A DNA stretch of 64,000 nt from Bugula neritina (lineage: Eukaryota; Animalia; Bryozoa). The DNA is taken from contig OZ037766.1 of assembly GCA_964035545.1 (NCBI GenBank), positions 17,695,081 to 17,759,080 on the forward strand, read 5' to 3'. Each line of letters begins with the position of its first letter. Position 1 is the first letter of the stretch. Position numbers and translations under genes: made by a program. This document shows, piece by piece, positions 1-12,008 of this stretch. The notes beneath the pieces were generated by a model. That model saw only the letters and a program-made list of their open reading frames with translations. It was not told the DNA's origin and ran no database searches.

Positions 1-77
1 GCATGCAAAGTTATCTCATCAGGCTCATTTGTTTCAAAGTCATAGAGAACTCTGCAGACTGTAATCTTTTTAGCCAT
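1..77 (-). CDS. First coding exon (partial, runs off window) of a protein with an N-terminal SH3 domain
   Basis: Minus strand after a tttgtag acceptor (~110): ATG at 77 gives MAKKITVCRVLYDFETNEPDEITLH, matching the SH3 start motif (ALYDF...DEL). Not in the ORF track. Confidence 0.7.
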   Translation of the reverse strand, partial: MAKKITVCRVLYDFETNEPDEITLH

Positions 78-569
78 CGTTTTATGGTGGTATTTAAAAG
101 TCAAACCATTCTACAAATAGCCACACAAAATCTATAAGCAGTAATATTTTAGCAACATAAAAAGTTAAACCTTAATTTACAGTGTGCTATACAAAAAACT
201 TACATAGCATGAATATATTTAACCATTTGGAAATTTACAACTGCTTGAAGTGGCATATTATTAAATTTAATGGCATTCATAATTAATTGGTAAAGAGATT
301 ACACAGACTTAAAAAACAACAATACATAAAAGCAGGATTAGGTTTGGTATTGGCACTAAAGTAAATTAAGTGTATTCTCATTACTAAAATAATCAGTAGT
401 TGAATTTAAACACAAAAGACTCAAAATTTGAAAGAAAATCACTGAATAGTCAGAATGCATACTAAATTTGAAAGATAGATGAATAATAAATTATAAACAA
501 TTGTAACGCATTTTGTTCTTACTAGAATTCATCTACATCTAGTAAACATGAAGCAGCCAAAAGAGATAC

Positions 570-603
<34 letters not shown>

Positions 604-969
604 TTACGAGCTAGCAGTTTGATTATAAATAAGTATACGAGAAACATTGTTGATTTATTACTTTATTAGGTAAAGTAATTATACTGATATTTCGGGTACC
701 ACTGTACCTATCTTCAGAGTAGCAATGAATGAAATTCAAAAATTATTACGTTACGTTAGACGTTATGCATGACACAAAGAATAGAGAGTGGCAGTTATTG
801 TAAATTATTGAAACTTAGGGAGATAATATTATTTTATATATTACGCAGGTCAAAAATTATACTGATGTTTTTTGCATAAAAAATAAATTAGAGTTGACAA
901 AAATATAGATATCCAAATATAAAAACAGCAAGAATTAGTGAAACTATGTGAGAGTTGAGTAGTGTGGAG

Positions 970-1308
970 CTATTGATATAGTTTTAGTGGTATGGAGTAA
1001 TTTTGTTTATTGAGTTGCAGTTTTATTTGTTTAATGCAGAGAGCTTCGGCTACTTTTCGATGGTGGATTCCTTTAAATGAATGATTTAAAACTGTTACAT
1101 TGTCTATTGATATGTTTCCATGATTAGTGGTGGAGATGTGTTGATAAATTTTGGAATTGATGTCATGGCAGTGTTCATGTATCCTGTGTGATAGGCGACG
1201 TCCGGTTTCGCCTACATATGTTTGTTGACAGGTAGCTTCAGGGCAGGTTATTTTGTAGACTAGGTTGTGAATGTGTTCTTTATTGGTTTTATCTTTGAGA
1301 CTAAAATG
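970..1308 (-). pseudogene. GIY-YIG endonuclease C-terminal fragment of a PLE
   Basis: Hand translation: HFSLKDKTNKEHIHNLVYKITCPEATCQQTYVGETGRRLSHRIHEH...RKVAEALCIKQ...LNKQNYSIPLKLYQ*. Confidence 0.85.
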
Positions 1309-1511
1309 TGAACTTTTATATTTGGATATCTATTTTTTTGTCAACTCTAATTTATTTTTTATGCAAAAAACATCAGTATAATTTTTGACCTGCGTAATAT
1401 ATAAAATAAGATTATCTCCCTAAGTTTCAATAATTTACAATAACTGCCACTCTCTATTCTTTGTGTCATGCATAACGCCTAACGTAACGTAATAATTTTT
1501 GAATTTCATTC

Positions 1512-1560
1512 ATTGCTACTCTGAAGATGGGTACAGTGGTACCCGAAATATCAGTATAGT
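1512..1560 (+). ncRNA. Minimal hammerhead ribozyme motif (mirror copy at 678-726, minus)
   Basis: CTGAAGA-T-GGGTAC agtg GTACCC-GAAA-TATC with stem I tact/agta; minimal palindromic helix III of the type known from PLEs. Confidence 0.65.
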
Positions 1561-1628
1561 TACTTTACCTAATAAAGTAATAAATCAACAATGTTTCTCG
1601 TATACTTATTTATATATATATATATACG

Positions 1629-1662
<34 letters not shown>

Positions 1663-1693
1663 CGTATATATATATATACATATATATATATAC

Positions 1694-1734
<41 letters not shown>

Positions 1735-1849
1735 CATATATATATATATATACATATAATTATATATACATATAATTATATATACATATATAGTTGAGCA
1801 GTTAGCACCTTCTATTACCATTGTATCTAAAACAACAGTTTGATCAATT

Positions 1850-2564
1850 TGTCTTGTCAATACATAATTTAGATCATGTTTGGAAATGGTGTTAGTGATG
1901 ACCAGGTTGCGCTCGGAGGCAGAAGGCCAATAGTATTTTGCCATTCAAATTATACTTTCCTAAACTGTAATAACCAAACACTCTAGGCCAGCCTCTTTGA
2001 TCAAAACCTACTCTTGCATTGAAGACTCCTACCACCAGCAGCTTCTTTTTTCGGGGTGCATTTCGCAATACATCCCTTAGTTGACTATAGACTATCCCCT
2101 TGATAACATCTTCATAGTGGGTCATGATGTGTGCACAGGCGCTGACAATAGCCAAGCAAATATCTCTCTGCAATGATAGGCGAAGAGACTTTAAATGATC
2201 ACTAACCGGCATAGGTTCTTGGTTTAACTGTGCTACAATGCTGTTTCTGATAGCAAATCCAAATTCAGCTTCTCTTTTGTTTGGTCTTCTCCTCCACTCC
2301 AAAAAAGGTGCACCTGCCATCTACCGAGCTACCTGAGAGTGCTAAATTGAGTTCCACACAGGGCAGCAATGTCGATGTTGTATTTTTTGAGCATTTAGCC
2401 CCAAGAGCAGTTTGTCCCTTGGATTTCTTTGGGCATTTTTTGTTGAGCAATGTTCTGAAATTCCATTCTGTGACTTTCAATGTATTTCTTTTTATTCTAT
2501 TTTCTCCTAGCTTATTTTTCACTAGGCGCCAAAGTGTGGATGCACCAGTGCGAGCCTTGCTCAC
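1850..2564 (-). pseudogene. RTE-clade LINE apurinic endonuclease remnant (frameshifted)
   Basis: WNFRTLL, GFAIRNSIVAQL...[40 protein letters not shown] across several frames. Confidence 0.85.
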
Positions 2565-2995
2565 CTGGGCGACGCTCGAGCCGGTATGGCGATTTCCTTC
2601 CTTAGCAATTTTGTCATAGAACTGCTTGCAAAATTGTTAAGAAAAATTTGTCTTTTGCATTACAAGAGTTTCTCTCTTGGCAGAGCAGAGATGTGTTTCA
2701 GCAGGCAGCAACAAGTCAAGACAAGTTGGCATCTTTGCACTGCTGCAGTGGCTTAATAGCCAATAGCCATTAATACTAATAGTACTAATAGCCACTAAAG
2801 TTAATGTGCCTGTAATCAGTATCACTAATCACTCAAGTTTTAATCATAATGATTCAAATAATACTTAAATCAACAAACTTTATCAATAATAATAATATTG
2901 ATAAATATTAATAATAATAACACATCTAAAAATAACAAAGAATAGTATTTTATAATTATTGCTCATTTAATTTTATTTATATTAATTAATACTAT

Positions 2996-5690
2996 AATAA
3001 TAATAACTCACGTCGTAAAAATTAGAACACTACATACGCAAAATTATGAGTGCCTCTTATGTTGTTTTTGTTAGGGTTTATCATGTGTTGAAATGTATCT
3101 ATTCTAGCATGTAGCTAAGTTTGGATATTTTAATTGTAACGTAAAGGGGTTTTAGCACATAGCTAAGCTGAGTTTGTGTTATGAGGTGGTATCCTCAAAT
3201 CTCTAATGCTTCGAGGGAGAAAACTGTTGTGAAAGGTCTGTGAGGATGCAGAAATTGATGTTGGTTCTCCTCTCTTAGCAGATCGAGTGTTTATTGACGG
3301 ATTTGAATTTATTAGTTCATCATAAGCAGATGAAAGTGTTTCATGGCACTCTTCATCTGAGAGTATTCTCATTAACAAAGTTATTCTATGGTCTCTTCGT
3401 CGGCTCGCAAGAGTTTTAAGCTGCAACTCAGTTCGAGCGTCACTGATGCCACATCTTCCTTTGAGGTTAGTGATATACCTAATGGCTTGATTTTGAACAT
3501 GTTCAATTTCCTTACAGGCACTTTTGTTAGTCAGATCCCACAACGCGTCTGCATACTCAAGGATAGGTCTACATAGATTAAGGTACGCAATTAATTTTGC
3601 CTTCATGGGTGCATTGTAGATTGTATGCTTGAGACCTTGTTCCCTTTTTCCAAGGGCTTAAAAACTTTATATAGCAAATAATTCTTTTTGAGCTTTTTGA
3701 GTTCTTTCTTGTTGTTCCGGCGATGCTGCTTATATTTATTCAAGTAGTATGGATCTCTAGTTTGTTTGTATTTTCTGTGTGTATTGTGTTGCTTGTCTAT
3801 CATCTTTTTAATATGTTTGTTAAACCAAGGTGGTTGATCTTCATTTCTGACATGTATAGTTTCGCGTGGAACAGAATCAAGTATGGCTTTATCAAGTGAT
3901 CTTTTGTAAATATCCCACATTGTATCAACGTCACTTAGATTTTTGATTTGATGAAGAGCATTAGTTATTTTTTCAGTAAAGGCTTGAACGTTTGCCTTCT
4001 GATAGATAAAGATTTCCTTGGTACTTTTACATTTGTGTTGTTGGTGCATCATTGTATCTACTTTAAGCTTCAGGGTTATAATATAGTGATCGCTTAGGCC
4101 AGGGTTTACTACATCTGGGGGATCTGTTGTAAGGGTGTTAGAGAGGCATATCAGATCAAAAGTGTTTCCGTGAATGTGTGTAGGTTCTGTAACCATCTGG
4201 TGTAAGTTATGTTTGTAAAGCATGTTGAGAAATTGTAGATAGATAGCTTTCTAGGATGCATTGGGTTTAATAGTTTTGGTAACCCAGTCTAGTCCTGGAA
4301 CATTCATATCATCAAGTAAAATGATGTTGCAGTCGGAATATTTATATTTGATGGAGCCAAGTATGTTACTTATTTGCTTGCTATTTGAAGTTGATATCCT
4401 CGGTCTATAGTAACAACATATAACTAGGTTAGTTGGAATAAGAATAATTGCTATTTCTTCATTATAAGTTTCAACGGAAACATTTCTGGGGTTAAGTTTT
4501 GCCTTGATTGCAATCATAACTCTTCCTCCGTGTATGTTCCTGTCATTTCTAAAGAAGTTTAAACCAGGTGTTACGATTACAGTCTTGCTGAGAATAGATT
4601 GATCAATATGCATTTCTGTTAGGCAGATCAAATTATAGTTTTTAGTTAAAACGGTGATTTCTGCTGTTTTTCTTTTGACTGACCTGACATTAGCAAGAAA
4701 AAGATTTAGATCTGAGATTGTTTTGGTTGTTGGTCTTCCGGTTTCAACTTTTCCAGTTTCCCGATTCAGCTTTTTTTGAATGTTGAAATCCCTGATTCGA
4801 AATTGTATGGTTGGCTGCTCCTCTTTAAGTTTTTTAACCTGTTGGCCAAGGGTGTACTCTTTGTCCCTGGTTTCTTTGTTCATGTCCAGCTTGCAGAACA
4901 GAGAATCTGAGCGCAAGGCATGATTTACTTGTTTAAAAATTCTCACTTGGACCTTTCATCTTCAAATCGCAGTTTTATAGGGCGATTTTTGTTTTCAGTC
5001 TTAGCACCAAGCCTAACTGCTTGAACAGGCTTGTTGAAATTCTTAAATAATTCTTTGGAAATTAGGTTCATCACATCTTGCATTGCAGTATCTTTTTCCG
5101 TTAGGCCATACAAAATTGCATTAGATTTCCTCGCTTCAATGTCCATCTCCGATGCAAGTAGTGCTTGGCTGGTTGTGGTCATTTGCAGGTTTATTTTTTG
5201 TGTTATTCGCAATTTCAGTGTTTTTGCTGGTAATATCAGCCTAGGTTTCTTGGAATGTACTGACTTCTTCATTGCTGTGTTGATGGTATTTTTCTAACTT
5301 TCTCTCAAGTTTAGAAATTTGTTGATTAATGCTGTGAAGCATCTTCATATGTTGTGTATTGCCACCATCATCTTTTTGAGAAGAACACTCATCACAAAAA
5401 CACCTAACACCCCTGTCCGACAGTCTAGTGATGGAATTCACCTCAGATGGTTGGAGGCCCTGGCATGTTCCATGGTACCATTTAGGCACACATCATAAGA
5501 TATCCATTTTGAAGCAGCTTTTTGTTGTTTTCCGCCTTTGGTGAGAAGAAAACCTTCTTTCTTGGAGCATGATGCGCATAACTCATTTGGGTCTGTATTG
5601 TTATCATCTGTAGTAGATTCCAACTGAGAGCGTTGCAGAGGGGGAAAGTCACCTCTACTATGATCAATTTAGTCTTGAGACTGAGTGAGT
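2996..5690 (-). mobile_element. CR1/L2-group LINE with PHD-finger ORF1 and ORF2 lacking the RT core
   Basis: ORF1: C-x2-C...KWYHGTC...CFCDEC PHD, then RKSNAILYGL...RLG...RPIKLRF. ORF2: APE (LANVRS, CLTEMH, RNDRN, YRP, DMN, DL, SDH) joined at ~3610-3640 directly to the C-terminal RPILEY...IEHVQ...RRRDHR...SFLPRSI; short (TTA)n 3' tail. Confidence 0.85.
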
Positions 5691-6890
5691 GTGGGGAGTG
5701 ACATACCTATACTTATACTATTTAATTCAAAATGATACACCAAAACTATCAAGTGTTAGGGCTATCAATGACCAAGCTAGGCCCTATCAGTATCACTATG
5801 ACTATAATTACAAATTTAAACTTGAAGTTGATGCTATAATAATACTTAAAGAGTTGTAGTTAGGCTATGTAGGCGTAAGCAGAGTGTCTAATTTGAGGTA
5901 TTTTATCCTTTAGTTCAGGATGAATTCGCACACTTACTTTAATTTAAAGCTCGGTTGTTTAAAAATAATTATATTTAACTTTTTAAAGATATATAAATTT
6001 AAATTATAGATCATTATGATTATATTTATAATAATTATAAAAATTATACTTATTTTAATTTGTTTATAATTATTATCATACTTATAGTGACAAGCAATTT
6101 TAATTAAAATTTAAATTATTAATAAATTTATTTTAGTTATTTGGAATAAGAATTAGATTAAATAATGATAATAATAACTTTATTATAATTATTGTATTTA
6201 CTTTTGGTCATAGCAATACTGTAGTACTAGCACTATTAATTTAATAGTACTTTTCATACTTATAGAAAATGTGAATGAGTTTGACAAAGTTTAAGTTAAT
6301 GGCATACTAATAGTAATACTACTACTAGTAGCATTTGAAGTAAACTTGGGCTGACGATGACCTATAGTCCTATACCATCTCTGGCTTAGACAACTCGAGG
6401 TATTTATTCACCCCGGAAAATGGCGTAGATACACAGTGTCAGAGTGGTATATATTAGGAGTGTCGACCTTAGGAAATGTTACGGGATCATATGGGCGCCA
6501 TTATGCCGAAATAGGTACCGCAAGTTTATAAAAGTTATAAAGGAAAAAATTTGCCACTTTTGTTATTTTATTTTCTTTTATTTTATGTGTACATTTTTTA
6601 GTTTTGTTTATTGGTAAAGTTTTTAAACACATTTTTAATGCACAAAAAATTAAAAGAAAAATTAAAACTCACTCATGCACGTAAATACAAAGCTATAAAG
6701 TTTAAGCTTCGCTGTGATTACAATGTGAATATGAATTAAATAATGCTTGCAATAACCATTTTACACAAAATACGTTACAGTTGCTATAAATGTAAAACTA
6801 GTAAATTGGATGCAAATAGGCACGTTAATACTACTTAACTTATGCTATTTTTGAAATTTGTAGTAAATATTTGGCATGTATAATATATAT

Positions 6891-7159
6891 TGTAATGGGG
6901 CGTGGTTTATACGTCACACGTGCCCCCTGCCAATCAAAGACTTTCTTAGTATTCCGGCTGTGTTAAGCCTTGCAGAACAGTTGTTAGTTAGAGTGTGACT
7001 AGGAGTAATGTAAGACAGTAATTACGGTGATACACAGATATATTTTTGCTTTATTTTATATGGCTACAATGAAGATTCCAAGAGAAACTGCTATTGAATT
7101 GTCAGTGACTAAATGCTAATTGGACTCACTAGAAAGCCCACATAACTATTGTGCGTCGC

Positions 7160-7168
<9 letters not shown>
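6891..7168 (+). mobile_element. Putative solo LTR related to the E1/E3 Gypsy group
   Basis: Starts TGTAATGGG like the E1 LTR and ends ...attgtgc...cacaacaACA like the E1/E3 LTRs; sits in a TA tract. Confidence 0.6.
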
Positions 7169-7220
<52 letters not shown>

Positions 7221-7225
<5 letters not shown>

Positions 7226-7330
7226 ATTGTATCGTGAGATTTTTGAAAAAACAGCGGATAAAAAAGTGCTCAAATCATTATGTGTATAATAATGAGCAAT
7301 TATATTATTGAGGAAAAGAGCTCTTTTCCT

Positions 7331-7340
<10 letters not shown>
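7221..7340 (-). mobile_element. Ultra-short remnant of the PLE family at 28971-32436 ending in a perfect 40-bp palindrome
   Basis: 7222-7321 is near-identical to 28971-29068; 7301-7340 is tatattattgaggaaaagag|ctcttttcctcaataatata. Confidence 0.85.
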
Positions 7341-7416
<76 letters not shown>

Positions 7417-7791
7417 AATGGGATTACATAGTATAATAATGGAGTCGTCCCCTCTTGTATGGAATACTAATAACTATGTTCTACTATCCAATCAGAGAGA
7501 CCGGAAGGCAAGGTTCCGGTCAAGTGACTGTTCGCGGGTTAGCTAGCAGAAACCATGTGTTGTTGAGAGCAGGGGCTCGTAGTAGTAAGATGTGCTTATG
7601 ATTGATTGATGTATTGTGGTTTTGATGTAATGTTATAATTATGTTTATCGAGTTAAATAAAGGTTATCGTACGCAAGCTCTGTTAGTAGCTGCTAGTTAA
7701 ATTGAAACTAAATACGCAGGCAATCCACGCTTGATAATTGTGCTAAAACTCACAACAGTGGTGGCCGCGGTGGGATTTCGCGTATTTCAAG

Positions 7792-8727
7792 ATGACAGAA
7801 AGAGGCACAGAGCTACCCATTCGGAGGAATGAAGGTGAGGAAGATAACGTTGCTATACCTATAGAACCAGAAGTGCGAGTGCATAAGGAATGTTACGAAG
7901 AGAAGTACCGGCTGAGGGTGCCCACCTTCTCAGGTGAGGAGCCGGTGGAGCCATTCGTTCAGGAATTCCAAGATGTAATGGAGGTTGCACAATGGCCACC
8001 TAGAATAGCATTGCTCAAGCTCAGGATGGCGCTGTCAGACAAAGCCAAGCCGTACGGAGTGGGACCAGACATTGACGGCATCTTTGCTTCCCTGCGGGCC
8101 CGTTTTAGTATCTCCGCTGTAGATGCGCGGGCCCGTCTCCAGAGACTGCGGCGTGATCCTCACACGCCGCTACAAGAGCACGCTACCACGGTAATGAGAC
8201 TGGTGCAGATCGCGTTCCGCGATCTGCCGCAAGTAAATCGTGAGAGGTATACTTATGATGCCTTCGTGCAGTCCATCAACGACTTGGGACTCCATCACCA
8301 ACTCCTGGCGAGGGGAGTCACCACGGTCGAAGGTGCGCTGGCAGAAGGGGAGGCTTACCTTCTGGCCAGCCAGCTGCACCGGAGCCGTGTGACTTCTCCT
8401 CAGGTGAACATGGAGCCCTCCGCTGCTCCTACCGCTTCTCACGCGGAAACTCCAGCGGTGGCCAAGGTGACGCAGATGACGGTGGTATCGAAGGTCGCAC
8501 AAATGACCGACATGCTAGCCGAACTGGTCTCTGCCTTGGCCCCTCTAAGCCAGCTAGACACCACCCGTGAGCTTGACGGGCCACCGGTGCAGTCGCCTGG
8601 TAGAGGACACCCCTCCTGCTGGGAGTGCGGAAGATCAGGACACTTCCAGAAACACTGTCCCCGACTTCAACCAGGGTTAAACTACGACGGCCCGCGGATG
8701 CTCCCACATCTGGCGGGCCGCCGTTAA
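7792..8727 (+). CDS. gag: Gag with CCHC zinc knuckle (E1)
   Basis: PTFSGEEPVEPFVQEF capsid-like region; CWECGRSGHFQKHC knuckle. Confidence 0.9.
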   Translation: MTERGTELPIRRNEGEEDNVAIPIEPEVRVHKECYEEKYRLRVPTFSGEEPVEPFVQEFQDVMEVAQWPPRIALLKLRMALSDKAKPYGVGPDIDGIFASLRARFSISAVDARARLQRLRRDPHTPLQEHATTVMRLVQIAFRDLPQVNRERYTYDAFVQSINDLGLHHQLLARGVTTVEGALAEGEAYLLASQLHRSRVTSPQVNMEPSAAPTASHAETPAVAKVTQMTVVSKVAQMTDMLAELVSALAPLSQLDTTRELDGPPVQSPGRGHPSCWECGRSGHFQKHCPRLQPGLNYDGPRMLPHLAGRR

Positions 8728-9935
8728 AACCCCAAGAGAGGACACAGTGGCGTCCGCCACGCCGGACACCCGTCCGGGACCTCGCGGAACGGCCACTAGG
8801 ACGGCAAGCAGGCTGTACAAGCCGCTCTCCGCCGGTGTTCTCAATGCCACCCCGCAACAGGTTTGACAAACGACGGACCGCAGAGTCTGCGAGGGGAAGT
8901 GCCCAAACGTCGCAAGGCGTGGCGCCACCCCCTCGACAGCTGGTCCCGAGTTGTCGTCAAGAACCTAAGCCCTCCGCCAAGGCGAGGGAGATGAGGTCAC
9001 CCAAGATACCACAACATCCCCACGAGAGCAGCCTGTTTCTACCAGGACAGATAGCCGGCAAACCTGCCAGGTTTCTGTTGGACACGGGCTGCACCACCAA
9101 CCTCCTGGGTCGTCGATTCTTCGACACACTCAGTGCTCAGATCCGAAGCAGGTTGGGACCGTACGAAGGCGATCATGGCACCCTGGCAGACGGGTCGTGC
9201 ATCCCCTTCTACGGTATCATTGAACTCCCTGGGAGCGTCTGTGACCAGACCATCCAGGAGAGGTTCATAGTAGGACAACTCCAAAAGGACGCCATCCTTG
9301 GGATGCCATTCTTACAACGACACGGATGTCGCATCGATTTTGGTAAATCTGCGATGATTATGGGCGGCATAGAACTCGCCTGTGTCGATAAGTTTGGCCA
9401 TCCCCTAACGGGAGAAGAGCCGATAGTACGTGCTTGTACTATGCCCGGCCACTCCCGGGACACCGTCCACCACCAGGTAGACGGTGGCCGTACCTCCAAG
9501 CCGGGAGCTGTAGAGAGCGCGCACCCGAACGTCCCACCTGTCCGCAGCTCTAACCAGCTGACACGGAAGGGAAAGACCTCGGTGCCATGCCTCCACTCCC
9601 CCTCGGAGACAGTGAGCCTACCACCCACCTCTCCACCAAGCTGTACTCCTTCTGTTCAAGAAGATAACAGCAGGCCATTGCGGGAAATCGCGATGAGGAG
9701 TCCTCTAGAGAGCCCGTCTCCAGGGCCAAGGACTACCTCACCCCACGTCCCACACAGCCAGGGGACTCGTGGGAGAACATCAGACGGTTGTGTAGATAAC
9801 GAGAAGCGCCAAAAACGGCCACGTTACTACACAAAACCGAGGCTACACCTCACCTTGGGAACCCTGACATGCCCCCAGGGATGGCACAGGACCCCCACGC
9901 TGAACCCGTCTCAACCGATGGCGTCAAGGAGCTAG
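8625..9935 (+). CDS. Aspartic protease ORF (E1), degenerate after the protease
   Basis: FLLDTGCTTNLL...AILGMPFL; no RT motifs follow. Confidence 0.85.
   Translation: MRKIRTLPETLSPTSTRVKLRRPADAPTSGGPPLKPQERTQWRPPRRTPVRDLAERPLGRQAGCTSRSPPVFSMPPRNRFDKRRTAESARGSAQTSQGVAPPPRQLVPSCRQEPKPSAKAREMRSPKIPQHPHESSLFLPGQIAGKPARFLLDTGCTTNLLGRRFFDTLSAQIRSRLGPYEGDHGTLADGSCIPFYGIIELPGSVCDQTIQERFIVGQLQKDAILGMPFLQRHGCRIDFGKSAMIMGGIELACVDKFGHPLTGEEPIVRACTMPGHSRDTVHHQVDGGRTSKPGAVESAHPNVPPVRSSNQLTRKGKTSVPCLHSPSETVSLPPTSPPSCTPSVQEDNSRPLREIAMRSPLESPSPGPRTTSPHVPHSQGTRGRTSDGCVDNEKRQKRPRYYTKPRLHLTLGTLTCPQGWHRTPTLNPSQPMASRS
8676..8720 (+). promoter_or_regulatory. Predicted -1 ribosomal frameshift signal (gag to pro)
   Basis: G_TTA_AAC in the gag frame, 5-nt spacer, then stem CGGCCCGC/GCGGGCCG; the protease ORF is in the -1 frame. 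Confidence 0.7.
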
Positions 9936-11047
9936 GACACCTCCAGGAACATATTCCGGGGGTGGTAGCCGACGTCTATCGATTGAAAAGGGAAGGGCGA
10001 CGACCCAGTGACAAACAACGGAAGCAGGGCTGCGCCGAGTGGCAGCTGTACTGCCGACGTTGGAACGCACTGCGGATCGGGCCGGATGGTCTATTGACCA
10101 TATCTTTGGCCGCCAATCACCACCAGCCAGACCAGGAGAGGACTCTCTCTCCTGCCGCCATCTGCCGAGAGTTGATAGAAGAGGTACACCAGCAGGCTCA
10201 CGGGAGAGCCCAACAGGTGTTCACCGAACCACAACTCTGGTGGTATTGGCCTCACATGGAGCGTGATGTACGACGCAGAGTTGGGCAGTGCGGAGTCTGC
10301 CGGGTCAGTAAGCACGGCCCCCCTCCTGACGAAGTAGGGCGGCGAAGGCAAAGTGCAGAAAGACCCGAGCAGACGGAGACTGCTAACCTGGTCGACAAAC
10401 CGCCTAGGATGCAACCCCAAGCAGTGGCGAGGCAGGAAAAGCCACACCCGTTCAGGGAAGTGCGCTCACCGCCGTCAGCGTGCAAGCCGCCACCGCCACT
10501 TCCTAGGTCAGGAACCGACCTGGAAGTGCAAAAACCCCCCAAGGGAGGGGCTCCGTGCGGAAGTACTAGGAAAGCTCCATTTGTCACAAATTGGCTGGAA
10601 GCACCACCTGTGAGACGTGACCGTCCACGGGTGCGTAAACCACCATGGCTGAGGACAACACTTCCCCAGGCTCCGAACGGAAATGCTAGGAGAGCTCCAT
10701 TTGTCACAAACTGGCTGGAAGCACCACCTGTGAGACGTGACCGTCCACGGGTGTGTAAACCGCCTTGGTTGGTGACGACACCTCGGAAACGGTGTTCTGG
10801 ACCAGTCCCCGCGTATCGCAAGGACTTACCACGCTCCGCTCAGGACGCGGTCAAACGTCCTACGAGGCGCCGTAAGGGGAAGAGAGCAAAGCGTGGGAGT
10901 TGTGAGCACCACGAGAATATCAACTTTTGCCTAGGCGGAAATTCAAATAAGATTCATACGCCGGAGGTAATAAGTCATAGTCACGTTTCACAACCACGCT
11001 GCTCGCTCTTTCATCACATTAATACAGCTTTGAGTAGACGTACGTAG
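9869..11047 (+). pseudogene. Integrase HHCC domain fused to the Pol C-terminal tail; catalytic core deleted; 120-bp tandem duplication
   Basis: EVHQQAHG...WYWPHMERDVRRRVGQCGVC; duplicated APFVTNWLEAPPVRRDRPRV (~10548-10770); tail AKRGSCEHHENINFC shared with E3. Confidence 0.8.
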
Positions 11048-11076
11048 AACTCATAAACATACCACTCTCATTCACG

Positions 11077-12008
11077 ATGGCTTGCCAAGAACCGAGAGGT
11101 GAATTAGTTATGTTTTTGGTACGAGGGCTAAACTGTATTAATCAGCTTAACTGTAATAGAATAAGCTGGAGACTCGGTAATGACTTTTAGTGGTGGGAAT
11201 TCACATTGACTCTAAGACTGAACAGTCTGTTACAGCAGTGTGTGTTTTCGACCAACTATTCGTTAACTGAGTCTCACGAGTGTCTAATTGAGTTAAGTAC
11301 TCACCAGGCTGTATACGCCGGTTGTACTCAGTGTACCCTCTTACACTGTTATACTCTTGCAGATCACACACGATCGACCAACCCTGGGTCACAGGATCTA
11401 CACTCTCTCTCCTCCTTGGATAACGGACCAGAAATGGACAACGCCTGCCATGTGTGTTACGAAGAGCTTCCCTCACACCAAGGACTACGGCTGCATGTGA
11501 ATGCACACTTCCTGCTACGTTTCTGTCCGTGTGGATTTCACGACGTGTACCCATACCCGTCGTGGCTCATATGATGGACTGTTTCGCGGGTGAGGGCTAT
11601 GTAGTAGACGCGGACAACTACGATAAATACCTAGAAGCGGTCAAACCAGTGGTTAAGAAGGCTTTAACCTGGGCCGCATTATCCTCCGGATTTTATACAT
11701 TGCTAACAGCCGCCCGTCAGAAGTCCCCTATGGTGAAAACGGTCGCCGCAATCATACCGCGGCTAGACAATACCCCTATGGAAGCATCAGACTCTCTAGA
11801 AGAGGCGACGCCAACCCCAACCAGGCCTACCCGACTAGCAACCGCCGAAGAAAGACTCCTACGGCTGCAGGATGAATTCACCCAGTTGGCCCCCGACTTA
11901 CTCAGCACTTCAATGAGCCTTAATGAACTAAAGGGCTCAGTGGGACGCCTTAAGCGTAGACTACGTGCACGGCAAGCACGACACCGGATCCAGTCCCTGA
12001 AAAACTAG
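11077..12008 (+). pseudogene. E1 ORF3: predicted two-exon (11077-11098, 11363-12008) double zinc finger plus coiled-coil protein with one 1-nt frameshift near 11557
   Basis: CHVC-x12-HVNAH-x5-CPC-x12-H; C-terminal heptads RLATAEERLLRLQDEFTQLAPDL...LNELKGSVGRLKRRL. Confidence 0.75.

Larger units (their letters stand above)
602..1613 (-). mobile_element. 5'-truncated Penelope-like element with inverted ~300-bp terminal arms, flanked by (TA)n
   Basis: 624-924 is the reverse complement of 1314-1613; the spacer encodes a GIY-YIG domain; each arm holds a hammerhead motif; (TA)n on both sides. Confidence 0.85.

Noticed and set aside
1499-1944. YIYI/HTHT/CVCV-repeat ORFs here and at 7.1, 28.1-29.0 and 61.5-62.1 kb
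   Set aside because: Translations of (TA)n and (CA)n microsatellites.
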